Source: Parachlamydiales bacterium (GTDB taxonomy: Bacteria; Chlamydiota; Chlamydiia; Chlamydiales; SM23-39). From it: a stretch of DNA of 64,000 nucleotides. The number at the start of each line of letters is the position of its first letter. Positions within the stretch are counted from its first letter, which is position 1. The stretch spans positions 1 through 64,000 of the forward strand of contig JBNLAH010000003.1 in NCBI GenBank assembly GCA_050302075.1. Reading direction: 5' to 3'. Position numbers and translations under genes: made by a program. The notes under the pieces are model-generated. The model saw only the letters and a program-made list of their open reading frames with translations. It ran no database searches and had not been told where the DNA came from. Below are positions 49,625 to 59,247 of this stretch, one piece after another.

Positions 49625-50395
49625 CTAAACTTCAAAGCCCATTTCTGAATGTGCCTTGTCAAAAATGGACAGAATTGAAGACTTGCCATTCTCATCTTCT
49701 ATAGAACGAGCTATTTCACTAACTGCTTGCAAAGTACCTAAAGCCATAGCAAGTTCATCTATTTTATGATAGCCATAGGCTACTTGGATAAGCATTAAGC
49801 AATTATCTGTCTTATCATTTATAAGAACAGCATTGGCATTTTCTTCTATAAAAGCATTTAAGGCGCTTTCGAATTCCTCAAGCTCTATGTACTCTAATGC
49901 AATAGCATGTAAAGCTTTGCAGATTTCTTTTTTATCACTCAAAGTTGCAATTAAATTCTCTCTAACTTTTAAACCCTCTATTTGCTGCTGCTTTGAAAAT
50001 CTAGGTGTCAAAATTTGATTTTCATCTCTCGGTAAATCGCTCTCTGAATCTGATTCAGATAAATCCTCTAAAGAGAAACCTAAAGTACCTAAATCGAAGC
50101 TACCACTTGAAGGGACCTCCATATCTTCTAAAACTTGGTTATCTATTTCAACTTCTAAATAGTCATCTTGAAATTCCTCTTTTTCAATTAGCTCAAAGTC
50201 TTCTTGAGATGGTATCAGGTAGCTTATAATATGATTTTGCAAATCTCTATTATGATCTCCTAAATACTCTCCAATAAGACTAATGATATTGTTTGCATCT
50301 TCTGTAAAAGAAGTAAAACTATCGGGAGAATAATTAACATCTGAAGTAGATATTGAACTTATATTACCTTTAGAAAAAGACACTAAACTTGTCAT
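49625..50395 (-). CDS. Acidic hypothetical protein with TPR-like C-terminal helices
   Basis: Ser-rich N-terminus, acidic linker, AL..IA..Y..L.E...A pattern. Confidence 0.6.
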   Translation of the reverse strand: MTSLVSFSKGNISSISTSDVNYSPDSFTSFTEDANNIISLIGEYLGDHNRDLQNHIISYLIPSQEDFELIEKEEFQDDYLEVEIDNQVLEDMEVPSSGSFDLGTLGFSLEDLSESDSESDLPRDENQILTPRFSKQQQIEGLKVRENLIATLSDKKEICKALHAIALEYIELEEFESALNAFIEENANAVLINDKTDNCLMLIQVAYGYHKIDELAMALGTLQAVSEIARSIEDENGKSSILSIFDKAHSEMGFEV

Positions 50396-50548
50396 AAAAT
50401 ATTACCTATTATTATTTTTTTTGGAGCAAGATATATGGCTTAAAGATTGATCACAACAGAAATCAAAAGTTACGAAAAATATTTCATTGTCTTTTATTTT
50501 AGTGAAAATTAGAGTTTACACCTCAACCTATTAAAAGGAGCTTTTATT

Positions 50549-50848
50549 ATGAATCCATTACCCTCTTCGTATTCATTTCCTAGCGAGCACCAACTTTTTG
50601 ACTGTATAGCAAGCCATCCCGTGTTAGGAGATACTTCCTCTTACTTTACGAAAAGAAAAGTTACCCAGGCAGTAGTTAAGGCTTTTGCTGATAAAAAAGA
50701 CATGTCCTCTTCTGAAATTGAGCCAAGAACTACCGCCGCCATTCGTGAATCAACATTTGTAAGAGGAAATCCTAATATATCAATTAGCTTATTGGCAGTT
50801 ATGCAAATGAGTTTTGCTCAAGCTATAAAAGATTGCGCTAATAAATAA
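50549..50848 (+). CDS. Small hypothetical protein, paralogue of 49254..49532
   Basis: AAGGAG RBS; shared motifs. Confidence 0.7.
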   Translation: MNPLPSSYSFPSEHQLFDCIASHPVLGDTSSYFTKRKVTQAVVKAFADKKDMSSSEIEPRTTAAIRESTFVRGNPNISISLLAVMQMSFAQAIKDCANK

Positions 50849-50866
50849 CTGAAAAGCAGCTCTTTT

Positions 50867-50934
50867 AATAAACTCTGAAAAAACCTTAAGCAACATTAGG
50901 CTTAAGGTTTTTTCATTTATTTGCAGAGTTTATT
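50867..50934. terminator. Long nested inverted repeat, probable bidirectional terminator between convergent genes
   Basis: TGAAAAAACCTTAAGC/GCTTAAGGTTTTTTCA 16-bp stem plus outer AATAAACTCTG/CAGAGTTTATT. Confidence 0.75.
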
Positions 50935-50949
50935 GTCTGACAGTACTTA

Positions 50950-51507
50950 TTAATCATCATCTTTAGGTCCCCAAATTTCAGCTATTATCGCAAGCGCTAT
51001 AGCACAGCATACTAACCCTGAAATTTTTAAAACTGGATTGTGATCAAGGTTACAGCATTCACAAATTGTATTATCATTACCACGCCTTTCTAAATTAACA
51101 GGGCGTCTTCTCATTTGATGACTTAAATTAGGATGTCTTTGCAAAGAAGAGCTTTCAGATTGTCCTGGATAACATTTTAGTGCGTTAAAAGCTACTTCCG
51201 AAATTTTTATTTGTTTTGGGTTAGATCCAGAAACTTCAGAAATCCCTTTAAAATTACGGTCTACTATAATTTTATCAGATCTATTAACTAATCGAACAAG
51301 AAAATTAATCCCATCAAGACTTGGATTTTCATTTAGAACTTTTATAGTTTGTTTCTCTCTATCACTAAAATCTGCAGAGTTATTTTCTATAAAACTTGCT
51401 AGCTGACTTATTACCTGATGTGCGACTTCTATCTTATATTGGGGATTTTCAAGTTCTTCTTGAATATCTATTGCAACATGACCTAACTGAGATGGCTGTA
51501 CAGACAT
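50950..51507 (-). CDS. Hypothetical protein with single C-terminal TM segment
   Basis: AGGAG RBS; C-terminal ISGLVCCAIALAIIAEIW. Confidence 0.65.
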   Translation of the reverse strand: MSVQPSQLGHVAIDIQEELENPQYKIEVAHQVISQLASFIENNSADFSDREKQTIKVLNENPSLDGINFLVRLVNRSDKIIVDRNFKGISEVSGSNPKQIKISEVAFNALKCYPGQSESSSLQRHPNLSHQMRRRPVNLERRGNDNTICECCNLDHNPVLKISGLVCCAIALAIIAEIWGPKDDD

Positions 51508-51623
51508 TTTTACTCCTAGTTTTAAAATTAATGAGTTGAATATGCTGCTGAGACTGCGTCTATTTTTTCAAGTTTTATTTAGAAGCTTAGATGTTCTTTC
51601 TAAAGGTAATTTCCATTACTTCT

Positions 51624-52616
51624 TTAAAATTCTTTAAAACTTTTTATCCAATTTATTGCCTCTTTTAAAATCTTTTCGTCATTTTTTGAGGAGACATATA
51701 AATCTGGATTGATTATTTCTGAACAAATTTTTTTATCCCAAGACGCAATTCGAGATGATGTGACAAAAAGAAGAGTCCCGTCATTAAGTTCAAACATTTT
51801 AGTACTATTAGCAAAACCAGCGGAATACTCCCCAAAGACCTTAGAAAATCTGCTTCTTAAAGCTATCGCTATGATTTCTCCTGAACTTGCTGTTGATCTA
51901 CCTATAAGGATTGCAATAATAGGCTTATTACGTTTTACCTCATAATAATTTTTATCAGGCATTGAAAGTTGAACACTGCTACCCTGTTTCACAGTCCCAT
52001 TTTCATAGGAAAACGGAATATATTTATTTTCTGAGTCAGTAAAATATCCCAATACTTTGTTTCCAGTAATTGCACCCAGCCCCAGCAACATCGGCCATAA
52101 ATTACCGCCCTTATTATTTCTTAAGTCAATAATCCAGCTATTCACATCTGTGCTGTCAATTTTCTTGATAATGTTCTGAAGATTTTGAGCATACTCTTGG
52201 TTTAATGATATATCCAAGCTTGGACACGAGGGCATGCTTATGTAACCGATTCCCTCTTCTATTAGCTTCCCTCTAATTTCATCATTTAGCAGGGAATTTC
52301 TCTGACCTACTTGGTTTGGACGAAGTATAAATCCATGCTTATCGCCAACTTTATACAGTAATTGGTTTATTATTGGATAAACTTCATCAAAGGATTGACA
52401 TAAGCTTGCCTTACCAAAAAATTCTTTCTCTATTTTCTTCCAATCAACTTGATCCTTGTAAACTGAATGCTTTTTTACAATAGAGATAACTTCATGTATA
52501 TAAGCATGCACTTTATGCCTATCAAAAATTCTTAATGAAGAAATCCAAGATAATATCCCAACTACTGATAAAGCTATCATGAAAAATAAAACATAATAGG
52601 CTTTTAAAAATTTCAT
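51624..52616 (-). CDS. S41 family peptidase, nisin resistance protein (NSR)-like, membrane anchored
   Basis: N-terminal TM, GDKH, DLRNNKGGNLWPM, TASSGE, FG..SAG, L.DG, I.PD. Confidence 0.88.
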   Translation of the reverse strand: MKFLKAYYVLFFMIALSVVGILSWISSLRIFDRHKVHAYIHEVISIVKKHSVYKDQVDWKKIEKEFFGKASLCQSFDEVYPIINQLLYKVGDKHGFILRPNQVGQRNSLLNDEIRGKLIEEGIGYISMPSCPSLDISLNQEYAQNLQNIIKKIDSTDVNSWIIDLRNNKGGNLWPMLLGLGAITGNKVLGYFTDSENKYIPFSYENGTVKQGSSVQLSMPDKNYYEVKRNKPIIAILIGRSTASSGEIIAIALRSRFSKVFGEYSAGFANSTKMFELNDGTLLFVTSSRIASWDKKICSEIINPDLYVSSKNDEKILKEAINWIKSFKEF

Positions 52617-52726
52617 AAGGTTTTACATATATTATAAATCAAAAGGTAAACATCACTAGTTGGGAATTATCTTAATTTAAATAACTTAGTTTTAATGATT
52701 AAAAAGACTTCCAATTAAAAACTATG

Positions 52727-52909
52727 TCATCGAGGGCAACGACCACTACATTCACAACTACAACCACTAGCTGTAACAATTTTAGTAGGCCCCATATCCA
52801 TTGCTTTGATCTTAATCTCTTGAATACGTAAATCAAGATCAAAAAAATCTTCATCCTTATTGAGTTCACTAATATATTCATTTTTAATAGCTATACCACG
52901 AATATCCAT
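52727..52909 (-). CDS. Putative class I lanthipeptide precursor (FDLD leader)
   Basis: GGAG RBS then ATG 52909; MDIRGIAIKNEYISELNKDEDFFDLDLRIQEIKIKAMDMGPTKIVTASGCSCECSGRCPR. Confidence 0.72.
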   Translation of the reverse strand: MDIRGIAIKNEYISELNKDEDFFDLDLRIQEIKIKAMDMGPTKIVTASGCSCECSGRCPR

Positions 52910-53207
52910 AATATTACTCCCTTGCAAATATTAAATTTTTTACCAAACAAGAACTAACGTGGACATGATTTTCTTTCTCAACTTTTTACTCAAGCTTTTT
53001 ACATTAAAAAATAATATCCGCACTTAACTCTATTAAAAAAAGCTAAGCAAAACCGACTAGATGTAACTTATTTACGAATTGAAAAAATGAAACCTGATGC
53101 ACTGGATCTCAATGGAATGCCACAGATCAAGTTACAGATTTTTTAAAGTTTCTTTGAAAGAGATTAGAAATTGCTATTTGAGTTTCTTAAATTTCAGAAA
53201 AAAGAAA

Positions 53208-53280
53208 TGAGGCTTATTGGGCTCGAACCAATGACCCTCTCCTTAAAAGGGAGATGCTCTACCAACTGAGCTAAAGCCTC
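53208..53280 (-). tRNA. tRNA-Lys (UUU)
   Basis: Cloverleaf GAGGCTT...; anticodon arm TCTCC-CTTTTAA-GGAGA; GTTCGA T-loop. Confidence 0.95.
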
Positions 53281-53288
53281 GCTTAAAC

Positions 53289-53363
53289 TGACCCCAAGGG
53301 GATTCGAACCCCTGTTGCCGGAATGAAAATCCGGTGTCCTAGGCCGGGCTAGACGATGGGGCC
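53289..53363 (-). tRNA. tRNA-Glu (UUC)
   Basis: GGCCCCATCGTCTAG...; anticodon arm CCGGA-TTTTCAT-TCCGG; GTTCGAATC. Confidence 0.95.
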
Positions 53364-53416
53364 TTAAGGCAAATTAGGTTTTAGATTTTACCTTGGCCAC
53401 TTAATTTGTTGCAAGT

Positions 53417-53968
53417 TTAAATCTCCATAATTTCTTTTTGCTTCTTATCACAAAGTTCATCTACTTGCTTACAAAAATGATCAGTGTGCTCTTGTATCTT
53501 TTTTTCTAAATGCTTCTGCTCATCTTCTGGCATTTCGCCACCAGATTTTTGTTCCTTTATTAATGCATTATATTTACGCCTTACTTCTCTAACAGCAATT
53601 TTTGCATCTTCACCCTTTTTTTTACACTGCTTCGCAATTTCCTTCCTCATTTTTTCGTCCATCGGTGGAATATTTATCCTAACAGAGTTTCCTTCTACAA
53701 TAGGAAGCAGGTTTAAATTAGCATTTTCAATTGCTTTGCCAATCGCTTTTGTATTATTTGCATCAAAAGGCGTAATTAACAATTGTCTAGGTTCTGGAAC
53801 AGTAATGTTTGCAATATCTTTTAAACGCATTTTAGCGCCGTAAACTTCTACAACTACAGGATCTAAAACACCCGGATTTGCACGAGATGAGCGCAAATTT
53901 CTTAGCTCAGATTTTAGGTGATCAATAGATCCTTCCATTTGCTTTTTGACTTGATTTTCAATGCTCAT
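53417..53968 (-). CDS. frr: Ribosome recycling factor
   Basis: RSSRANP, VEVYG, PEPRQL, AVREVRR. Confidence 0.96.
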   Translation of the reverse strand: MSIENQVKKQMEGSIDHLKSELRNLRSSRANPGVLDPVVVEVYGAKMRLKDIANITVPEPRQLLITPFDANNTKAIGKAIENANLNLLPIVEGNSVRINIPPMDEKMRKEIAKQCKKKGEDAKIAVREVRRKYNALIKEQKSGGEMPEDEQKHLEKKIQEHTDHFCKQVDELCDKKQKEIMEI

Positions 53969-53980
53969 ATTATTACTCCT

Positions 53981-54013
53981 AAAAAAAAACTTTCCGGGGT
54001 TACCAGAAAGTTT
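53981..54013 (-). terminator. Hairpin plus U9 between tsf and frr
   Basis: Minus strand AAACTTTCTGG-TAACC-CCGGAAAGTTTTTTTTT directly before the frr RBS AGGAG. Confidence 0.65.
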
Positions 54014-54045
54014 AGTAAAGATTAGATTTAAAAGAAATTAATCTT

Positions 54046-54891
54046 TTAAGAAATTGACCAACGCCAAAATCTAGTAACTGATAATGACTTGCCTGTTTCT
54101 TTTGAACAAGCATCCAAATATGCTTGCACACTAACAGAAGGGTCCTTCACAAATTTTTGTGATAAAAGAGCTACTTGGTCACAGTAAGCTTTGACTTTAC
54201 CTTCAACAATCTTTTCAATTACATTAGCCGGCTTTCCTTGGACTTGTGATTTTGCAATCTCTTCTTCTCTTTTAATTATATTCTCAGGAACGTCATTTTG
54301 AGATAGATATTCAGGATCTTCAGCTGCAACATGCATTGCTATGTCTTTTGCTATCTTATCTGCTGAGTTTGAGCCTGAAACTTCAACTAAGCAAAGTATT
54401 TGACCACCCATATGAGAATAAATCCCATAAGAAGAACTTTCGATTTTACTTATAATTTCAACTCTTTTTATCTGAATGTTTTCTCCAAGTGCTTGAATAG
54501 TCACGTTTCTATATTCATCAAGAGTCAAGGTTTTATCTTTAGTATAAGTATCTTGCATTAAAGCTTCTAAACTAGCTGGATTTGTGTTTGCAGCTTGTTC
54601 TGCAACATCTTTTAAGAAAGCTTGAAATTTTTCGTTTTTTACTACAAAGTCAGTTTCAGCTCCAGCTTCAACTAATGCTAAGGTATTCGCTGTTTCGGCA
54701 CAATAAATCGCACCCTCTTTAATTTCTCTTCCTTCTTTTTTTACTGCAGAAGCCATTCCTTTTTTTCTCAAATATTCAATCGCGCGATCAATGTTACCAT
54801 CCGATTCTACCAAGGCCTCTTTACATTTTGTCATTCCTACGCCAGTTCTTTCCCTTAGCTCCTTGATCATTGCAGCTGTTAATTCACTCAT
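54046..54891 (-). CDS. tsf: Elongation factor Ts
   Basis: IKELRERTGVGMTKCKEAL, ETDFV, GENI; likely start ATG 54891. Confidence 0.97.
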   Translation of the reverse strand: MSELTAAMIKELRERTGVGMTKCKEALVESDGNIDRAIEYLRKKGMASAVKKEGREIKEGAIYCAETANTLALVEAGAETDFVVKNEKFQAFLKDVAEQAANTNPASLEALMQDTYTKDKTLTLDEYRNVTIQALGENIQIKRVEIISKIESSSYGIYSHMGGQILCLVEVSGSNSADKIAKDIAMHVAAEDPEYLSQNDVPENIIKREEEIAKSQVQGKPANVIEKIVEGKVKAYCDQVALLSQKFVKDPSVSVQAYLDACSKETGKSLSVTRFWRWSIS

Positions 54892-55705
54892 TACTCTTTC
54901 CCTCTTCTTCTGATTCTTCATTCACTTCTGGAGATTTTTCTGTTTCTCCCATTTTCTCTACTACATTAGTAGAAGATGGCTTCTCAGAAACATCCCCTTT
55001 AGAGATTGCTATATTCATTTCATTCTTCTTATTGATTATTGCTTGAGTTAAAGCATTTAGGATTAATTTAATGCTTTTTAAAGCATCATCATTACAAGCA
55101 ATAACGTAATCAATTAGATCAGGATCACAGTTAGTGTCAACTAGTCCAAGTACTGGAATATTCAATTTTCTGGCCTCTTCAACTGCTATGTGCTCTTTAC
55201 TTGGATCTACAACTATTAATAGTCCAGGAGGCTTTCGCATTGATCTGATGCCCGATAGGTTTTTCTCCAATTTAACTTGTTTTTTTGTTAACTCAGAAAG
55301 CTCTTTCTTTGTAAGCCCTTCACCACCAGCAGAAATTCTCTTCTCAATTCGCTCTAATGTCTTTACTGACTGCCTGATAGTTGTAAGGTTTGTAAGCATG
55401 CCACCAAGCCATCTCTCACATACGTAGAATTCCCCTGCTTGTTCAGCTTGATCTTTAACAACTGATTTTGCTTGCTTTTTTGTGCCAACAAATAAAATAG
55501 ACTTTCTTTTAGAAACAGCGTCTACAACAACTTTTTCAGCTTCTCTAATTTGCTGAAGAGTTTTTGCTAGGTCTATAATGTAAATTCCATTGCGCTCTTC
55601 GAAAATATATCGCTTCATTTTCGGGTTCCATCTGCGCTTTTGGTGACCAAAATGAGCACCTGATTCTAATAAATCTTTAATAGTTACTTCTTCTTTCGCG
55701 TTCAA
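54884..55705 (-). CDS. rpsB: 30S ribosomal protein S2
   Basis: GAHFGHQ..RWNPKM, ERWLGGMLTN, DTNCDP. Confidence 0.98.
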   Translation of the reverse strand: MNAKEEVTIKDLLESGAHFGHQKRRWNPKMKRYIFEERNGIYIIDLAKTLQQIREAEKVVVDAVSKRKSILFVGTKKQAKSVVKDQAEQAGEFYVCERWLGGMLTNLTTIRQSVKTLERIEKRISAGGEGLTKKELSELTKKQVKLEKNLSGIRSMRKPPGLLIVVDPSKEHIAVEEARKLNIPVLGLVDTNCDPDLIDYVIACNDDALKSIKLILNALTQAIINKKNEMNIAISKGDVSEKPSSTNVVEKMGETEKSPEVNEESEEEGKSNE

Positions 55706-55737
55706 AGTTGTCTATCCTCTATTTTAATTAGTTCGTT

Positions 55738-55808
55738 AGCGCCTGATCAGAATCGAACTGACACAAGTAGCTTGGAAGGCTACTGTTCTACCATTGAACT
55801 ACAGGCGC
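55738..55808 (-). tRNA. tRNA-Gly (UCC)
   Basis: GCGCCTG...; anticodon arm GTAGC-CTTCCAA-GCTAC; GTTCGATTC. Confidence 0.94.
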
Positions 55809-55947
55809 ATGATTTTATCCAAAACCATCAAAAAACCGAAACAACATTTTTACCCTAATAACTATTTTTTTCCAAGGAAAAATATGTTCGACAAACTGCA
55901 TAATAATTCATTAAATTATTTTTATAGGAAATATTAACTCTTTTATT

Positions 55948-58900
55948 ATGGGCAACAAGGATTTTTTTTCAAAATCTTCGAAAATTCTTCGAATTATATT
56001 TATTTTTTTATTTTTACTAGTCTTTAGGGTCTGGCACCTTTGTGTTATCCAAAAAGACACAAAAAAAATGGAAGCTAAAGCCCCTCAAAGACGAATTCTA
56101 TTAGAAAAAGCACAAAGGGGAACAATAAGAGACCGCTTTGATTTACCCCTTGCAATGAACCGTATTAGGTTTAACGCGGCAATTTATTATGAACAAATAC
56201 TTCAAATCCCTAGAGTAAAGTGGATAGACAAGAATGGTCAAAAGATAAAAACTTTCCCAAGAAAAGATTATATTGATCGGCTAGCTGCCTTTTTATCACA
56301 AGAACTTAGTCTTTCTAAACAAGAACTTGAAGATCAGATTTATGCAAAAGCGACCCTTTTTCCCCATATACCATTTGTACTAAAAGAAAATATTCCAGAA
56401 AAGACTTACTATAAATTGAAATTTTTAGAAAGAAACTGGCCTGGGCTATATGCTGAGATATCATCTACTAGATATTACCCAAAAAATGAAATAGGCTCTT
56501 CAATTATAGGAACCATGGGGGCAATTAATGAAGAAGAGTTTATTTCGAATGCAGAAGAAATAAAAATTTTAGAAAAATACTTAGAAAAGCAGTTTGATTT
56601 AGAGCATGAAGTTCCACCTTTTGGCTATCAAAGCAAACAAGAAGTCCTATCGAGACTAAAAGAACTTAAAGAAAAAGCTTACTCTGTAAATGATCTGGTC
56701 GGTAAGTATGGGATCGAAAAAAAATTTGAACAGCAACTACGCGGCTCTGTCGGCAAAAAACTTTTTGAAGTTGATGTACGAGGATCATTCGTTAAAGAAT
56801 TACCTATACATACCAAGCCAATACCCGGCAATAACATCAAATTGACCATCTCAGCCGAGCTACAGGAATATGCAGAAAAGCTCTTAGCAATAAGAGAAAA
56901 AACAATGGCAGACCTAGGTTCGGATAAATTACCTTGGAGTATTGGTGGAGCCATAGTTGCTGTTGACCCCAACAATGGAGAAGTCTTAGCTCTTGCCAGT
57001 TATCCAAACTACAACCCAAATGATTTCATCCCATCTTCCAACCCACAAGAAAAAACTGAAAAACAAGCGAGGATACTAAAGTGGCTTGAAACGAAAGAAC
57101 ATATCGGTCAAATCTGGGATGGAAAAAAAGATTTAACGAAAAAAGTTTATGATCCAGATAAAAAAAAATACAGTGAACTTACAAAAAAAATTAATTGGGA
57201 CTCTTTTATTACAAGTTTAATATCTGAAAATAATGAAGTTTTCAAAGCTATTAAAAATATAGATACCCTAAAAGCTGCTATCAGTGTTCAAGAGGACGTT
57301 GAGACAATTTTATATTTTACAAAAGCTACAGATGTAGAGCTTCTTTTCGATGTCATATTTCCCAATGATATATCATCAGCCCCCAAAGCTTCACTTGCTG
57401 AAAAAGAACTATTGGCAGAAAAATTAAAAGCTATTTTTAGTTATGTTGACTTCCCCTTAAGACGTCTAAAAGAAATATTCAGAGGAGTTGTACATAATAA
57501 AGACAAATTATTAATTGTTGATATTTTTCGAATTGCTGTTTTTAGTGCTTCTTTTTCAGACGGATTGATTTCTGCTATCAGCGATTTAAATATTGGTGAC
57601 TATTTTGAATATAGTAGACACCTCTTGCATTTTGAAAAACTGATCAAAGACGAGACAAAAAAGATATTCGATGAAACCTACTTTCAAATATGGAGAGATT
57701 ACAATTTAACTGATTATCTGAAAGAAAAAAGAAAAGAGGAAAAGAAAAAAAATACCTATGCAAGACCATATACCGATTATATAGATCAAAAAAAACATGA
57801 GTTATTCAAAGCCTTTTGGGAAGAACATAAAGTTGCATTTCAACTTCTAACAATTTTAGGAATAGATGAACTGGGAGATGAGCACTTTAAGATTTTTAAA
57901 AAATGGCACGAACAGCTAAAAGAAAGCTGCTTTCCAATAAAAAAAACACAAGAGTCATTCCAATCACTATTCCCATTCTTTAGCCAAATAGATAAAGAAC
58001 TAGTCAAAGACTTTATAAAAACTGTCCGATGTTTCAATGACCTGAATCGTCCATTATATGGGAAATACAGAAAAGTAACAAAAAATGAACCGAAAGAAAT
58101 GGATTTGGCAATGCTAGCATACCCTCATGAAGGATTTGGATACATGCTCTCTTATGCATATCAATGCCCTCTACCTTTAGGTTCTATTTTCAAGGTTTTA
58201 ACAGCTTATGAGGCTCTAAGGCAAAACGATGACAAGGTGAGCCATTTTTCCATGATAGATAAAGTGGAAGGATCTAAGGGTAATTTTATCGTTGGATATA
58301 ACTTAAACAACAAACCCTATAAAAGAATCTACAAAAAAGGAAGGCTGCCCAAAAGCACGCACTTAAATATTGGCAAAATAGACTTTTTTTCCGCAATGGA
58401 GCAATCTAGCAATCCTTATTTTTCAATTTTAGCATCTGATTACATAGCGTCTCCAGAAGACTTGAACTCTGCCGCTTCTAATTTCGGTTTTGGAGAAAAG
58501 ACTAAAATTGACTTAGTTGGTGAATATAGAGGAAGCCTCCCTGACGATTTGTCACATAATCGCACAGGTCTTTATTCTTACGCAATAGGACACCACACCC
58601 TTACTGTAACTCCATTGCAGACCGCTTTATTTTTATCGGCAATAGCCAATGAAGGAAAGCTCTATAAACCTAAAATTGTAAGTCAAATATTGGGATCATA
58701 CCAAGATTTAGCCGAAAAAGAGGTCTTTTTATACCAAAAGAGTTTGCAGAAACTAGGGATTCATGTTCCTGTTTTTTCTGTTAATGATTCTGATAAATTT
58801 ACTATGGTTCAAGAAATTGCATCTAAAGTATCCAAAAAAATTTTTATGACAAAAAATTTAAAGGATAAGCTTCTAAAGTCAATGGCTGCAGTCATACACG

Positions 58901-59247
58901 GAAACAAAGGAACTGCAAGAGCCTCAAGAATCAAGGCATTAAAAAACGATTTAGAGTTGAGTGAACTTTATAAGCAGATTTCTAAAAAAATGGTGGGAAA
59001 GACCTCTACAGCAGAAATTTTCTATGTTCCGCATATTGCAGCATCTGAAAAAATAAAATTATCCAAGCACGTGTGCTTTGCTGCTATTAGCTTTAAAGAA
59101 TCAGTTTTAAACTCAAAATTCAAAAACCCCGACCTGGTTGTTATCGTGTATCTTCCATTTGGAAAATCTGGGAAAGAAGCCGCCCCACTCGCAGCTCAAG
59201 TTATTGCTAAGTGGGATGAAATACGTTCAAGATCCGGAAGATATTGA
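55948..59247 (+). CDS. Penicillin-binding protein 2, large chlamydial type
   Basis: RG.I.DR, RYYP, GK.GIE, GSIFK (SxxK), SSN (SxN), GKTSTAE; large internal insertion. Confidence 0.9.
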   Translation: MGNKDFFSKSSKILRIIFIFLFLLVFRVWHLCVIQKDTKKMEAKAPQRRILLEKAQRGTIRDRFDLPLAMNRIRFNAAIYYEQILQIPRVKWIDKNGQKIKTFPRKDYIDRLAAFLSQELSLSKQELEDQIYAKATLFPHIPFVLKENIPEKTYYKLKFLERNWPGLYAEISSTRYYPKNEIGSSIIGTMGAINEEEFISNAEEIKILEKYLEKQFDLEHEVPPFGYQSKQEVLSRLKELKEKAYSVNDLVGKYGIEKKFEQQLRGSVGKKLFEVDVRGSFVKELPIHTKPIPGNNIKLTISAELQEYAEKLLAIREKTMADLGSDKLPWSIGGAIVAVDPNNGEVLALASYPNYNPNDFIPSSNPQEKTEKQARILKWLETKEHIGQIWDGKKDLTKKVYDPDKKKYSELTKKINWDSFITSLISENNEVFKAIKNIDTLKAAISVQEDVETILYFTKATDVELLFDVIFPNDISSAPKASLAEKELLAEKLKAIFSYVDFPLRRLKEIFRGVVHNKDKLLIVDIFRIAVFSASFSDGLISAISDLNIGDYFEYSRHLLHFEKLIKDETKKIFDETYFQIWRDYNLTDYLKEKRKEEKKKNTYARPYTDYIDQKKHELFKAFWEEHKVAFQLLTILGIDELGDEHFKIFKKWHEQLKESCFPIKKTQESFQSLFPFFSQIDKELVKDFIKTVRCFNDLNRPLYGKYRKVTKNEPKEMDLAMLAYPHEGFGYMLSYAYQCPLPLGSIFKVLTAYEALRQNDDKVSHFSMIDKVEGSKGNFIVGYNLNNKPYKRIYKKGRLPKSTHLNIGKIDFFSAMEQSSNPYFSILASDYIASPEDLNSAASNFGFGEKTKIDLVGEYRGSLPDDLSHNRTGLYSYAIGHHTLTVTPLQTALFLSAIANEGKLYKPKIVSQILGSYQDLAEKEVFLYQKSLQKLGIHVPVFSVNDSDKFTMVQEIASKVSKKIFMTKNLKDKLLKSMAAVIHGNKGTARASRIKALKNDLELSELYKQISKKMVGKTSTAEIFYVPHIAASEKIKLSKHVCFAAISFKESVLNSKFKNPDLVVIVYLPFGKSGKEAAPLAAQVIAKWDEIRSRSGRY

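Noticed and set aside
52699..52881. 60-aa overlapping ORF with a poly-Val stretch
   Set aside because: Alternative frame of the FDLD precursor, which has the RBS and the recognisable motif.
46400..53280. tRNA-anchored integrative element or prophage
   Set aside because: No integrase or transposase, and I could not find a duplicated tRNA 3' end (att site) by eye; treated only as an accessory region.
58990..59015. PBP2 KTS instead of KTG as a sign of inactivation
   Set aside because: SxxK and SxN are intact, and I recall KTS as the usual variant in chlamydial PBP2.
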